Shown: positions 24,804 through 36,118 of the stretch, piece after piece
How positions within the stretch are numbered: position 1 is the first letter of the stretch
How the letters are laid out: each line of letters starts with the position of its first letter
Source: Marsupella aquatica
Taxonomy: Eukaryota > Plantae > Marchantiophyta
Direction of reading: 5' to 3'
Length of the DNA: 64,000 bases
Assembly: GCA_973895155.1 (NCBI GenBank)
Contig: OZ316895.1
Coordinates: forward strand, 15,196,816 to 15,260,815
The notes under the pieces: model-generated
What the model saw: the letters and a program-made list of their open reading frames with translations, nothing else
Databases searched by the model: none
Told to the model about the DNA's origin: nothing
Position numbers and translations under genes: made by a program

Positions 24804-26289
24804 CCCAACTCAAGGGAAATTTCCTTACTAGCCCCAATACCAGTGGAGTAGAAAGGAAGGGCTCCCCATCCAGACTCCATATGCTGGTCCTACTCACAAG
24901 CACAATCTAGATACCAAACTTTTGTGTTTACCAGAGAAGTTATGGTCTATATATGCCTTCACTTCATAGAGTACATGATGATGGGTAAATATCAATCACA
25001 AATTATGGTCTACATAGGTGAATATTAGGGTGGCTTTACAAGACGTTGGGGGCAGTTTCCACATTTTTTTGGTGTCCAAGATCTGATCAAGGCCATCCAT
25101 TTGAGAGAAATTGCTGCTGTTCACTTTACAAAACCTTGGGGGCACTTTCAACCGAACTTGTTACCAATCCTACATGGAATGCAGTGGGGCCCAATTTTTG
25201 CTTATGTGGAGCACTCTTTTGTCCTAGATTTTAGACCACCTCTCTTGGTGGTCTCTTCTTCTGGCCGCTTGGTCCATTTCTATTTTAAGTCATTTGTAAT
25301 AAAAAAGGGACCCACAAGTCCTTCATAAGATATTCTCTTCTCACATTTACAAAGACTTTAGCCAAAGATTATGTGACATTCAGGTGGAGTGGGTACTCAA
25401 TCTGTCTTTTAGTCAATTAATCTGGCACCATTGGCTGCACTTGGCTTTACAAGACCTTGGGGGCAATAAAAGGTTTCAAAAAATGACTTTAGCCCCGGGA
25501 CACTATATTTAGTGTGTGCAATGGCCCTCCAGTTTGCTTTGGTAAAAAAAACTCCCAAGTGCCCCCGACGTCTTGTAAAGTCCTCCTTACTCACAACACA
25601 CAAACAGAAAGGGTTTGACTACTTCAGCCAAAGAAATGGCTCCTCTCAACTCTTTACGGTAGTGGCAATGGAGTCCTCAAGGAAGGCAAAACAGTACTCA
25701 CCACTCTACAGTACTTTCGCCCGTGACAGTAGAAACAAAGAGGAAAGCTTTACACGTCATATTAGCTCGTCCTACTATGCTCCTCATTTTTTACATCTTC
25801 ATATATAATAACGTCCTGTTTACAGCGCATTGCTGGACACAACTTTGATGGGCTGTCTTTTGCCCATGTTGCTATAGTAAGAGCATTCTTCTAATGCACT
25901 TAAAGGCCTAGTAAATTATATGTTTATACTGTTTTCAGTAAAAGTAGAGAGAAGTTTCATAATAAGCTGGTCTAAATCTTGAGTATAAATTCTTTTCCAA
26001 AAATGCACTAAACATTTCAAAGAAAAAAATCACTTAGCGCATCAAGTAAGTGGAGATAAGACCACTAGACAAATGCCTTTCTGAAGGGAATTTTTTTTCT
26101 AAATTCCTCCCCATTGAAAAGCCTTTGTCACTTTTGCTGAAAAATTTTCCATGCTTTGTATCTTCAATGAGCCAGTTTCCCACCTAGCCACAGACCCCAC
26201 TACGCAGAACCTGATGGTTATCCTTAAATGTAAGAAGATCTACGCATAAGAATATCTGAGAAAATTACATAATGAAAATTCTTAGTATC

Positions 26290-26940
26290 TTCTCCTTCAC
26301 ACAAGGAGGCATTCAGTTGAAACCTTAACAGTTACCCTGGAGTGGAGGATTATTTGCTTTGGGGGGAGAGAGGCCGTGGGCAGCATTTGTTTGTGTGGCA
26401 AAAAATCACAAATAACACTCCCCTCCAGGGTAAACTCTCTTAAAATTCTTTGACACTTGGATGTTCTCTACCCGGTTCCCTAGGTTTTCTGAAGGTATTC
26501 AGTCGCCATCATGGCTAAAAAGAGACCCCACAAAGGAGGATTATTTATTTTGGGTGAGACAATTAGTCAGTTTCCCAGCCAATTAGTCAAAATCCTAAGG
26601 TAGTCCTTTAAAATCTAACCGTCAGAAACTAGTCTAAAAACTTAGATAAACAATATCCTTTGCATGTACTGCTTCACAGAAGGTGACATTCTTCACCTTA
26701 AGAATTACCTTGGAGGGCATTTTATTTGATCTTCACCTTAAAACTACCCTGGAGGGGAGTGTTATTTGTTTTATATATAGAGAGAGAGAACTTGTAGAGT
26801 GAAGGACACACCCACGCTGGGAGACTTAGTAATCTAAGGTCATCCTTAAACGTCTAGGGAGATTTAACTGTCAGAAACTAGTCTAAAAAAATTAGATAAA
26901 CAATATCCCCAATATACCTTGCATCTAGTCCTTCACATAG
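26290..26940. repeat. Cluster of degenerate direct and inverted repeat modules (T/CTACCCTGGAG..TTATTTG; GTCAGAAACTAGTCTAAAAA..TTAGATAAACAATATCC x2)
   Basis: Motif at ~26332 and ~26744, an inverted copy at 26409-26433, and a ~40-bp block repeated at ~26621 and ~26870. Confidence 0.7.
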
Positions 26941-26945
26941 GGTGG

Positions 26946-27375
26946 AAAATGATGCTCCAAATGGACCACAAGGTTGGTCTCTCAAAACCCCCATGGACCA
27001 CATTACGCCAAATTTGAGTTTAATTGTAATAACTTGATGCTGCTGTAGTAATTTTGAATATTTTTTTAGTTTTGAGGGTGTGCTAGAGGAGGAAGTAAGT
27101 TACACTTCCATTTAAGTGACAATGAATATTTGGCCATTTTGGTTGAATTATTCATCATGGAATGCAGAGAGATAAATTCTATTAGATTAATTTTCATTGC
27201 GTCAATATGAAGTATCTGGGTTTGGGTTTTGAAAGGTCTCCTCCTTCTCTAGTTGCCTTGCAGGTGCAAAACTACATTTTTTTTAAGGACTCATACTCAT
27301 CAAGTTATAAGCCCAAAATTTCCATGGACCACCAAAATGTGGTCCACTGGAGCACTGTGTCCAACATGACGGTCC
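26946..27375. repeat. Right arm of the ~420-bp inverted repeat pair
   Basis: Reverse complement of 22529-22938, visibly diverged and with indels. Confidence 0.8.
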
Positions 27376-27728
27376 ATCCGGGCTTCACTTTCCATAGGGT
27401 GACATTCATTTGCCACCTTAATAACAATTACCCGGGAGGCAAAAAGGTTATTTGTTTTGGAGGCCAAAATGTGGTACACTGGAGTGGAGCAGTGTGTCCA
27501 ACATGGCGGTTCATCCGGGGCTTCACTTTCCATAGGGCGACATTCATTTGCCACCTTAATAATATCACCTTAATAACAATCACCCGGGAGGCCAAAATGT
27601 GGTACACTGGAGTGGAGCAGTGTGTCTAACACGGTGGTCCTTAGGGGCTTCACTTTCCATATGGTGACATTCATTCGCCACCTGAGATGAATAACAATTA
27701 CCCGGGAGCGGAGCGTTACTTGTTTTGG

Positions 27729-27729
<1 letters not shown>
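27332..27729. repeat. Tandem array of 3 x ~130 bp upstream of SNF4
   Basis: Anchor CCAAAATGTGGT.CACTGGAG at 27332, 27464 and 27592; shared GGGCTTCACTTTCCATA.GG.GACATTCATT.GCCACCT...AATAACAAT.ACCCGGGAG. Confidence 0.93.
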
Positions 27730-27732
<3 letters not shown>

Positions 27733-27766
<34 letters not shown>

Positions 27767-28557
27767 TGGGCGCTGGACGTCGTCTACTTGTGGAGTGTAG
27801 GACACGCGCAAGCCGGGCGATTTGCTCTGCGCTCCTCTCCTCTCCTCTCCTCTCCTCTCCTCTCCTCTCCTCATGCACGGTACTGATTCGAGAGAGAGAG
27901 AGAGAGGGAGAGAGAGATGCGAAGCTGCGGAGAAGGATGAGCGATTGGGAGGTGAGGGATATGATGCATGTGAGGGAGAAGCTTACGAAGCAGGTCGAAG
28001 TCTCCTTTCCGGTGCTGTTGTTCGTTCTGCTGAAGCGGGCCGGGGCAGGGACGCAGCATGTCTGTCGGGCAACGCGAGCGATGGAGCAGAGCAGAGCAGA
28101 GCAGAGAGGAGAGGAGAGGAGAGGAGACTGATTTGACTGGTAGCTGCTGATGATGATTGTGCAGTAAGTTTTTTCCCTAGGTGATTTCGTCTTCGTTCCC
28201 CGCTTTTACAGCGCTGCGCTCCATGAGCAGCGGGTGGATCACGGCGTGCTCTCTATAAATTGCTTTCTCGGGGCCAGGCTTTCCTCTTTTTCCGCTTCTC
28301 GGCCTGCGGGTACGGCACTGCTGCTGCATATGCACGCGAGACAGAGTGAGGAGGGAGAGAGAGAGAGAGAGGGGACGGAAGTGCAAGAGCTATCATAGCT
28401 GAGGTTCGCTCCGCCCCGCCCCGCCGAAACCAAGGAGACGGTGCAGGAGCTCGTGAGGTTCATCGTTTTCGTCGGAGAGCGGAGGAGGAGAGGGAGAATT
28501 GCGAGAGGAGGTGGTGGAGCTGCCGGTGCAGAAGAAGAAGAAGAAGAAGAAGAAGAA
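27733..28557. promoter_or_regulatory. SNF4 promoter/leader microsatellite zone: (AG)15 at 27733-27762, (CTCCT)8 at 27832-27871, GAGAG tracts, TATA-like CTATAAAT at ~28253, (GAA)9 at 28531-28557
   Basis: Repeats seen directly; the TSS position is inferred. Confidence 0.6.
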
Positions 28558-29070
28558 GTGGAGGAGTAGCGGACTACTGTAGACTGGTCTGTTTGGTGGG
28601 GAGGGGACGCGAACGCAGGTAGCAGCAGCGGCAGGAACAGTGAAAGTAAATGAGGAAGCTCTTCAAAATGGGTCTGCGATCAGGGGGTCTTCTACTTTTC
28701 TAGTAGAAACTCTCCCTCTGCTTCGCCACCTTCTTCGCCGTTGTTTAGTACCCTGGTGCTCCTGTTGCTGCAGTTTGTACACCGGGGACGAAGTGAAAGG
28801 GAGAAAGCTATCAGTCAAGCGGCGGCATTGCAGAAGAATCGAGTGAACTGGTCTGCTTTTGCTCGCCTCGACGCCCATCCTCCCGCCCGGCGGATTTGAT
28901 GGATTTAAGCAGAGGAATTCAACGGCGTTTTAGCTGTAGCAGTAGTGGCAGTTTTTTCGAGTGCCGTTGATTATCAATAATAAGTAACCAGCAAACTAGC
29001 ATAGCAAGCAAGGGACAGCGGGTTGGTGTCTATGGTGGTATGTGATTCGCGGGGGTCTTCTTCTTATTAA
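28330..29070 (+). promoter_or_regulatory. Upstream ORFs in the putative SNF4 5' leader (28330-28398, 28650-28703, 28899-28970, 29032-29070; AUG-stop at 29040-29045)
   Basis: ATG-initiated short ORFs between the TATA-like box and the main ATG at 29119; their presence in the mature mRNA is unproven. Confidence 0.45.
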
Positions 29071-29118
29071 ACGACAGTAGAGTTACAAGGCAGGAGGAAG
29101 GAGGAAGGAAGGAGGCAA

Positions 29119-32100
29119 ATGTTTGGAGAGGGGGCAGCAGCAGTAGCAGGAGGAGCAGAGCCGGCGCCTACTGGACTTGTGCCCACTCGTTTCGTATGGA
29201 CTCATGGTGGGCGCCGCGTTCATCTGTGCGGGTCCTTCACAAGGTTGGTTTGCATTCACCATTCCGCTAAGTTTGTCTGTACCCCCATTCTCAATGGCTT
29301 CGTCACTTACACTTAAGTACGTTCCTGGTGTAATCTCGGGACCTGTACGCCTGATCTTCGGGTGTTTTTCACTAGGCAGTCTCCTGTATTGAAAAAGTAA
29401 GAACGAATGCTTGAGAGGAAGGATCTCAACCCAACATGAAGATCATGTTCAATACTTTTCTAGCTGGACCAGTAGTGGGCGTAGGTGCTACTTCCATCGT
29501 CATGGACCTGTCCTCGGGACTGTTATCCGTGAGTGGAATCATTAGGTTGTTCTTGTTCTGCGTGGTTTCCCTTGGTTGGTATACTTCTCAGTGTGTGATT
29601 AGTTTTGGCTCGTATATCGGTACAGCTCTGATAACTCGGTGACTAATGAAGTTTCTGCCTCATGTTTCGTTATTTTCAAATCATTTAACGTGATGAGCTT
29701 AGGAATTGGGTGGTTGTTCGTGGCTCCCGAATGTTCCAAGCAATCTAGTGAGACAATCTTCGCGATCATGCGTTGTAAAGTAGCTTCCGGTCAGACCTGA
29801 GGAAGTGGACATGAAGGTGATTGCATGTGCGAACATGTTCTTGCTCCCCCTCCTTGCATGTGCTTCACGAGCCAGTGGAATTTATGTAAAATGGAGGAAC
29901 CGAAGAGAGCATGATATTAGGGCGACTTTCAGCGTAGGTTATGATCCTTGTTGATCAATTGACAAACATGCATAGCGAAGGGTTGGGATGAAACTACATT
30001 ATATAATCCGACCCATTATTGGTGATCCATTCTAATTTATGCTGTGCGCGTCACCCACTGCTATTGGCAGTGGCACCATCACTGTTGTAGGTTTCAGAAG
30101 TGAAGGCATTGTCACTTTGGCTATCTTTGGTAGTTCAAGTAACAGGCTCTCTACTATGAAAACAGGTTTTCTGTCTTGGGGTTACCACTCTATGCCTTTC
30201 TACCTATTCCCGTAGTGATGCTTGGGCTGTTTGATGAAGAGGCCGATTTGGCCGGTAACCATGAACGCAGGAGCTGCTCTGCTTTTTCTTTTGAGTGCCG
30301 TAGACTGCTTATGAATTTCCATACATGGAGTTCTGGAATGTCAATTAGCATTTGTCTGGGTTTTGTCGTAACTCAACGAGCACCTTGAGAGCATATATTC
30401 TAATGAGTTCGAAATGGTTAAAATCTATGAATGCCATATCTGGGAGCAGTTCTTTGCCTGAAAAGTCGTCTTCTCGTCATTGAAAAGTTACTTTACAATG
30501 GAAATGGCTTTTGGATGGGTTACATACTGTTGATAGTGGGCAATGTGAATTATCTTGTCATTGACAGTTGCGTGATCTGATTGTATGTTAGCATTTTATA
30601 AGTCTTTGTGGGCAAGTTTCAGAACCGGATTTTGTTTGGAGCTACTGGTTCTACTTGCTACTGGTTTTGTTGATTAGCGTCATGCATTGAGTCTGTCATC
30701 AATTTGTTTAAATTCTTAAAAGCCTGTTTCTCCAACTTGCTGAATGGATCTTGACATTGTATATGGGCTACTCTATCATTGGTGTCATCACTCTGAGATA
30801 GGAATGTCGTTGGGTCAGCCCGTGTTATGCAGATTATTCGAATAACCAGCTGCGGTATGACTTTACCTCAATGGTTCTCAGCACTCTGATGCTGCATCTG
30901 TCGTGTGCAGGTGGCAGGAGCCTTTACCGATGTCACCTATGGAAGGTCTGCCATCAGTGTTTCAAGTCGTTTGCACTCTTCCTGCCGGTTACCATCAGGT
31001 TCTTTCGAGGAACTTAACTTTGAACTCCTTTTAAGGCGCACTTGCTGTTGTTTCAATATGCGAACCCCTTCTATCATGAGATTCAGCTAGGTGGTAGGAA
31101 GAATCTTGCCATGTTTCCGTTGAAGTTGTTCGTCGCCTTCAGGCTATTCAAGAGTTTAGCTACCATTTGGCCCTTGTTTGGGTGATTTTTTGGGTTGAAA
31201 ACTGCCTTCGAGCCATTAGGTCGACATCTTTCTTGCCCCAGTGCCTACCTCGCGCGTCTTGTGCTACTTTGAGTGATTGCTTTTTGCTTTGGCTTTCTAT
31301 CGTGATAGCGCTGTCTGGATGTCTGTTGAAGGTCGTGAGTTTATTTCACGTGGTATCTCACAGCCTTAGAAGCCGAGGGCAGCAAACGCAACCTGACTCT
31401 AATAGGAACTCATGCTTTTGAATTTGGATTGATCGTTTTCCTGACACACCTTTATGTCTGCAGTATAAGTTCATTGTTGATGGAGAATGGCGACATGACG
31501 ACCAGCTCCCAATCGTGTCAGATCCTCGTGGCCATGTGAATAATTGGGTGCTTGTAAGGGAACCTGAACTTGTCCAAGTTGCCGAGGGTGCGGGGCATTT
31601 AGGCGTTAACATGGATGTGGATCATGACATGGTTCACCTGGGGGTACGTGCGCTGTCTTCTGCAAATGTCTAGGGAGCCCTCAAGAAATTTTTAAATGGC
31701 CCCTTCTGCTTGCCTTCGCGGTTCAAGATCTTTAACAAATGGAACTTTCAGCTTAAATTTCCTGAAACAGTGTCAGTCGTCTTGGAAAAACTCTATCCAT
31801 TGTACAAGTTGTAAATTGGTCAATTCAAGTGTCTAATCTCTTCGTAGAGTGTTGTTCAAGAATTGGATAGTCAAATCAATTTTCCGTTTACTAAATTTCA
31901 AGTAGAGAGTTTTCAAAGATTTCAAACAAAGGTCTCAGGCAGGGAATGTTATTGACTTCATTTTGATCTGGGTCAGGCTCATGACGGTCAACACCTTCAA
32001 ATAGCACATCATGGACAAGGACTGGTGATGCCGGAGATTCCTCCTCTTTCAGCGGCTGATGCCCTGAGTTCTCGACAGCGAATTGCAGATTTTCTGCTCC

Positions 32101-35100
32101 GGTACACAGCATATGATTTGCTTCCCGAGTCAGGCAAGGTGTGGATTGTTACCCATGGCATCTCGAAATCCCTGATATTACATTATACTCAAGAAAACAG
32201 GACTGCTTAACTAACATGAATTAGTCTTTGTAATTCAGCACTGGACAACAATTTTACAGGAAGCTGATTCGTTCCCTACAGGTTGTTGCATTGGACGTGA
32301 TGCTGCCAGTAAAGCAGGCTTTCCACGCCTTATATGAGCAGGTATGCAGGATTGGCCAGACAATTCTTTCTTTGTTTGAAACAACGATGTCGCTAGTATT
32401 TTGACTGACTTTTTCTTGAACTGGACCTTAGACAGCAGCCTACGTACGTCAGAGCGTTAGAATATATCCTGGATGGGATAGTACTTTTCCCTCGTACTGC
32501 TAAATTCCAAAACCTAACATTGTTCCTGCTGGAGGGTTGCTTTAAGCTGTAATTTCTTTTTTGACTGGCAGGTTATGAGTGTGTGCGCTTTGTCCTTTCT
32601 TGTGTACACTTGAAAAATACGTTGAGATTTTGTGTTAGAGAAATCCGTGTCGCATTTTCGTACATTTCTGCTAACGGGCGTCGGATGATTTTCACTTTGA
32701 ATCTTTTGCCAGGGTATACCGTCAGCCCCTTTGTGGGATTCAGATAAACAACAGTTTGTAGGAATGCTGAGTGCCTCTGATTTCATCACGATTCTTAGAC
32801 AGGTTTGTCCGCATTCCATCTCACCCACGTTTTCTCGTGCTGTATTGTCGTTGCAATGGATCCTCATTTATTCACTTTGGTCAGGAGAGTTGGATTTATT
32901 CTTTTTCCCTGGAGAGAGTTTCTGTTAGCCAGTCTGATCTCGTTACTATACAGACAAAGCAATGTTTTGGCATTGTTACAATTTAAGGATGTTTGTTCAT
33001 CCAAGCAGAGAAGGATGGTTATTGAATTTGCGCACTAGGATGAGCCAAGCTCAGTGTTCCTTGTCCAAGCATGCAGTACCCATCCCTCGAGTAGCAATCG
33101 AAGCGAGTAGTATTTTCTGATAAAATGTATTTTCTTCTCTGGTTCGAACGATAGCACGCCCCTCTTTTAGAAATTAAGTTTGGACTAATGAACGGGTGAG
33201 ATTTACTTCCGTGCTTGAGGTAAATCGATTTCAGAGTAGTTAGGATCGTGTTCTTCCTAGTAGACGATTCGCGTGCATAGAATTAAAAAATCTGCCTGTT
33301 TTGAAATCAGTAACGATCTAACACTGGAGGTTTTATACAGCTTGGAAGTAATGGAGCAATTTTAGGCGAGGAAGATTTTGACACACATTCTATCGCTGCT
33401 TGGAAAGATGAAAAGTCGCAGCTTTCTAGTCATGTGGATGGGTCTCTTCTGACTTCAAGAAGACCACTTCTTTATGTGAGTGAACGAAACTTTCTTCTAA
33501 GATTGTAAATAAAAAATGTCATCTGAATCTTTGGAAGCAGTATGAAACTAGTGGTTCGTCATCCCGTTTTTTGTGTTGGTAAGTATAGTTTCATAGACAA
33601 GCTGGGAATGCTTTCGAGCTGATGAAATCGTGGGCATGGGTTGGTTATCACGAATTTTGTGCGTCTCTCTTTGGCTACAGTGAAGGGTATAGTTGTAGTC
33701 ATCACTGGCCTGTGAAGTAGATTAGAAATCGTGCTAAGTTATTAGGTCAGTAGCACAGTAGAAGTTTGAGGATGAATTGTAATCATTTCATATGCGCAGA
33801 TCTTTATGGAAAAAAATGAATCAGCTTGTTTTGTATTGTGCGTCGCAGGTGGGACCTGATGATTCATTAAGACAAGTTACTGATAGATTACTGCAGAATG
33901 ATGTGGCAATGGTGCCGGTTTTACATTTCCCCCCTGAGAATGATTCAATTCCATCGCTATTACATCTGGCGTCCCTTTCAGGGGTACTTAAATGTGGGTT
34001 TCGTACCAGAAATGAAAGTCATATCTTTTCCAGTATTGTTTACCTTTCTCACACGACGGCAGAGGCATTCTTTCATATTAGTGTGCATGATATGTATCGC
34101 ATAGCAGTCAGCAAGGATTCCTTTCCCAACCACAAAGAATACTGGAAAATGAGGTTCTCGGTTCATTCCCAAGTTCGATTGTCAGATGAGTGAGTTTACT
34201 ATTACAAAGTGGCAATTACAAATGGGTTGGTGACCCAAAGCATCAATTTCAAGCAGCAACGAATTATTCCAGCATGTTAACCAAATGAATGATTCTAATG
34301 ACCTATTTCTCTATACGTCACATTGCTCTGGACTAACATAGGACCCGAAATTTTTCAAAAGACTGCCCTTACTCGGCAAAACCCCTTATGGATTTACTGG
34401 AAGCAACTTCGATCTTATCTGTAGGGTGAAATGATAGTTCTCTGAACCCCGTTTCTATTTGTCCTCTGAAGGCATTTGCAGGCATTTTCGACATGTCCCA
34501 GCCACAGTGCCTCTGCTTTCGCAACCAATAGCAGTTCTTCCACTAGGCACTTGGAGTCCGGGAATGAGTGAACACCGTGGGCGAAGACTTGAATTGCTTC
34601 GTCCACACACTACCCTTGACGCTGCTCTTGCACTCCTACTCCAAAGTAAGGCTTTTGCATTGCCTTCTTCCATTGTTCTACTCAAAGAATCAGACAAGAC
34701 AGAAACTGGTTGATCTTCTCTACGAAATTCGTGTTTTGGATGTGAAACATGGCAATCATGTTCATCTCTGAAATCAGTACAGGGCCAATTGCAAACTTTA
34801 GTCACTGGTAGATGAGGATGATTCGGAGCAACGAACTGTTGTGCTTGCGGGGTGAGGCCTTGTGTAGGGATTTTATTGACAGTACTTGCTTTTCTTGTGT
34901 TATAATTTGGCAGCCGGAGTGAGTTCCCTCCCAATTGTAGATGAGCACGGGTCTCTCCTCGACATTTATTCAAGAAGGTGACAGATCTTTGCATCCGGTG
35001 TCTGGTTGTTCAGGAATGTGAGAGACGTGATTGTTGTTATGTGCTCGTTGAAACAAATCCTACAGACACTTCTAGTTCGGTTGATTACGTGGTCGCAGGC

Positions 35101-36118
35101 ATATCAATGGCGTTCACGTGCCAGGATTCATTGCCTTCAGTAATCGTATGTTTTAAAAGTTTTTCATGGCTCCGTCAATGCAACAGACAGCATGGTCGTC
35201 TTTGTAAATCTGCTGTTGAACTAATTTAGCATCATGCGAAATCTAGTACTGACGGGCAAAGTCGTCAAACTCTGGGAAGTTGTTGACGGGTTATGATATC
35301 AACAGATAGTTGATGTGTTCATGCATGAACGAGCTTGAATGTAATTGAGGTGCTCTGTTTTGTCGTGTCAAGGAGCGGAAGTTAAGTACTGCTATGATGG
35401 CCAGTGGTCTGTTATCCAACCAGTTTTAAGTGTCTTTTGCACAGCTGGTTGCTTTCGAAGCCACTACTAACAAGCATTTCTATTGTTTGTGGCTACTTAA
35501 TGTAAGCAGTGACATTACGGCTTTGGCAAGGGATAGATCATATGCCCATCTTCAGCTTGATGTTGTCACTGTGACAGAGGTTACTTCTGTTCCTCTGTCC
35601 TTTGTTCCGTCAAGTTCATAGCCAGTGATTCCTTGTTCTGTCAAGTTTTAGTAATGTAATGTTTGGTGTCAAGTTTTAGTAGTGTCATATATGAGTTTAT
35701 AATCTTTTCAAATTACACCGCTTGTTGATACATACACTGCTCATCACCAGGGTAGATGTTTGGCTCTCTATTCGAAGACACATCTAGTCACTTTGCAGGG
35801 ATGCTTCGGGCTCTGTCATGTAAAGACTTTTCGATCACTGTGATAATTGAAGACCTTGTAAACGGATTCTAACACATGCTGTGTGTTGAGATGCAGGCAC
35901 TGCAAATAGGCGCTCAGGATTATGTAAATGGCCCTGGTGGACCTGGCATGCCAAGCAGTCGCTTGCGCATGTGTGTCCGATCAGAAACCCTACGGTCCGT
36001 CATTGAACAGTTGGCTCATCCAGGTGTACGGCGGTTGATTTGCATTGAAGCCGGAAGTAGACGTGTGGAAGGAATTATTTCTCTGAAGGATGTATTTAAC
36101 TTCTTGCTTGCCCTCTAG
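29119..36118 (+). CDS. SNF4: SnRK1 regulatory beta-gamma subunit (SNF4/KINbetagamma): CBM48 glycogen-binding domain + CBS domains, 12 coding exons, ~504 aa
   Basis: Exons 29119-29243, 30911-30998, 31464-31643, 31977-32138, 32282-32341, 32713-32802, 33341-33475, 33849-33993, 34472-34645, 34914-34977, 35510-35579, 35897-36118; 1515 nt, phases match. Motifs [97 protein letters not shown] and [21 protein letters not shown]. Confidence 0.96.
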
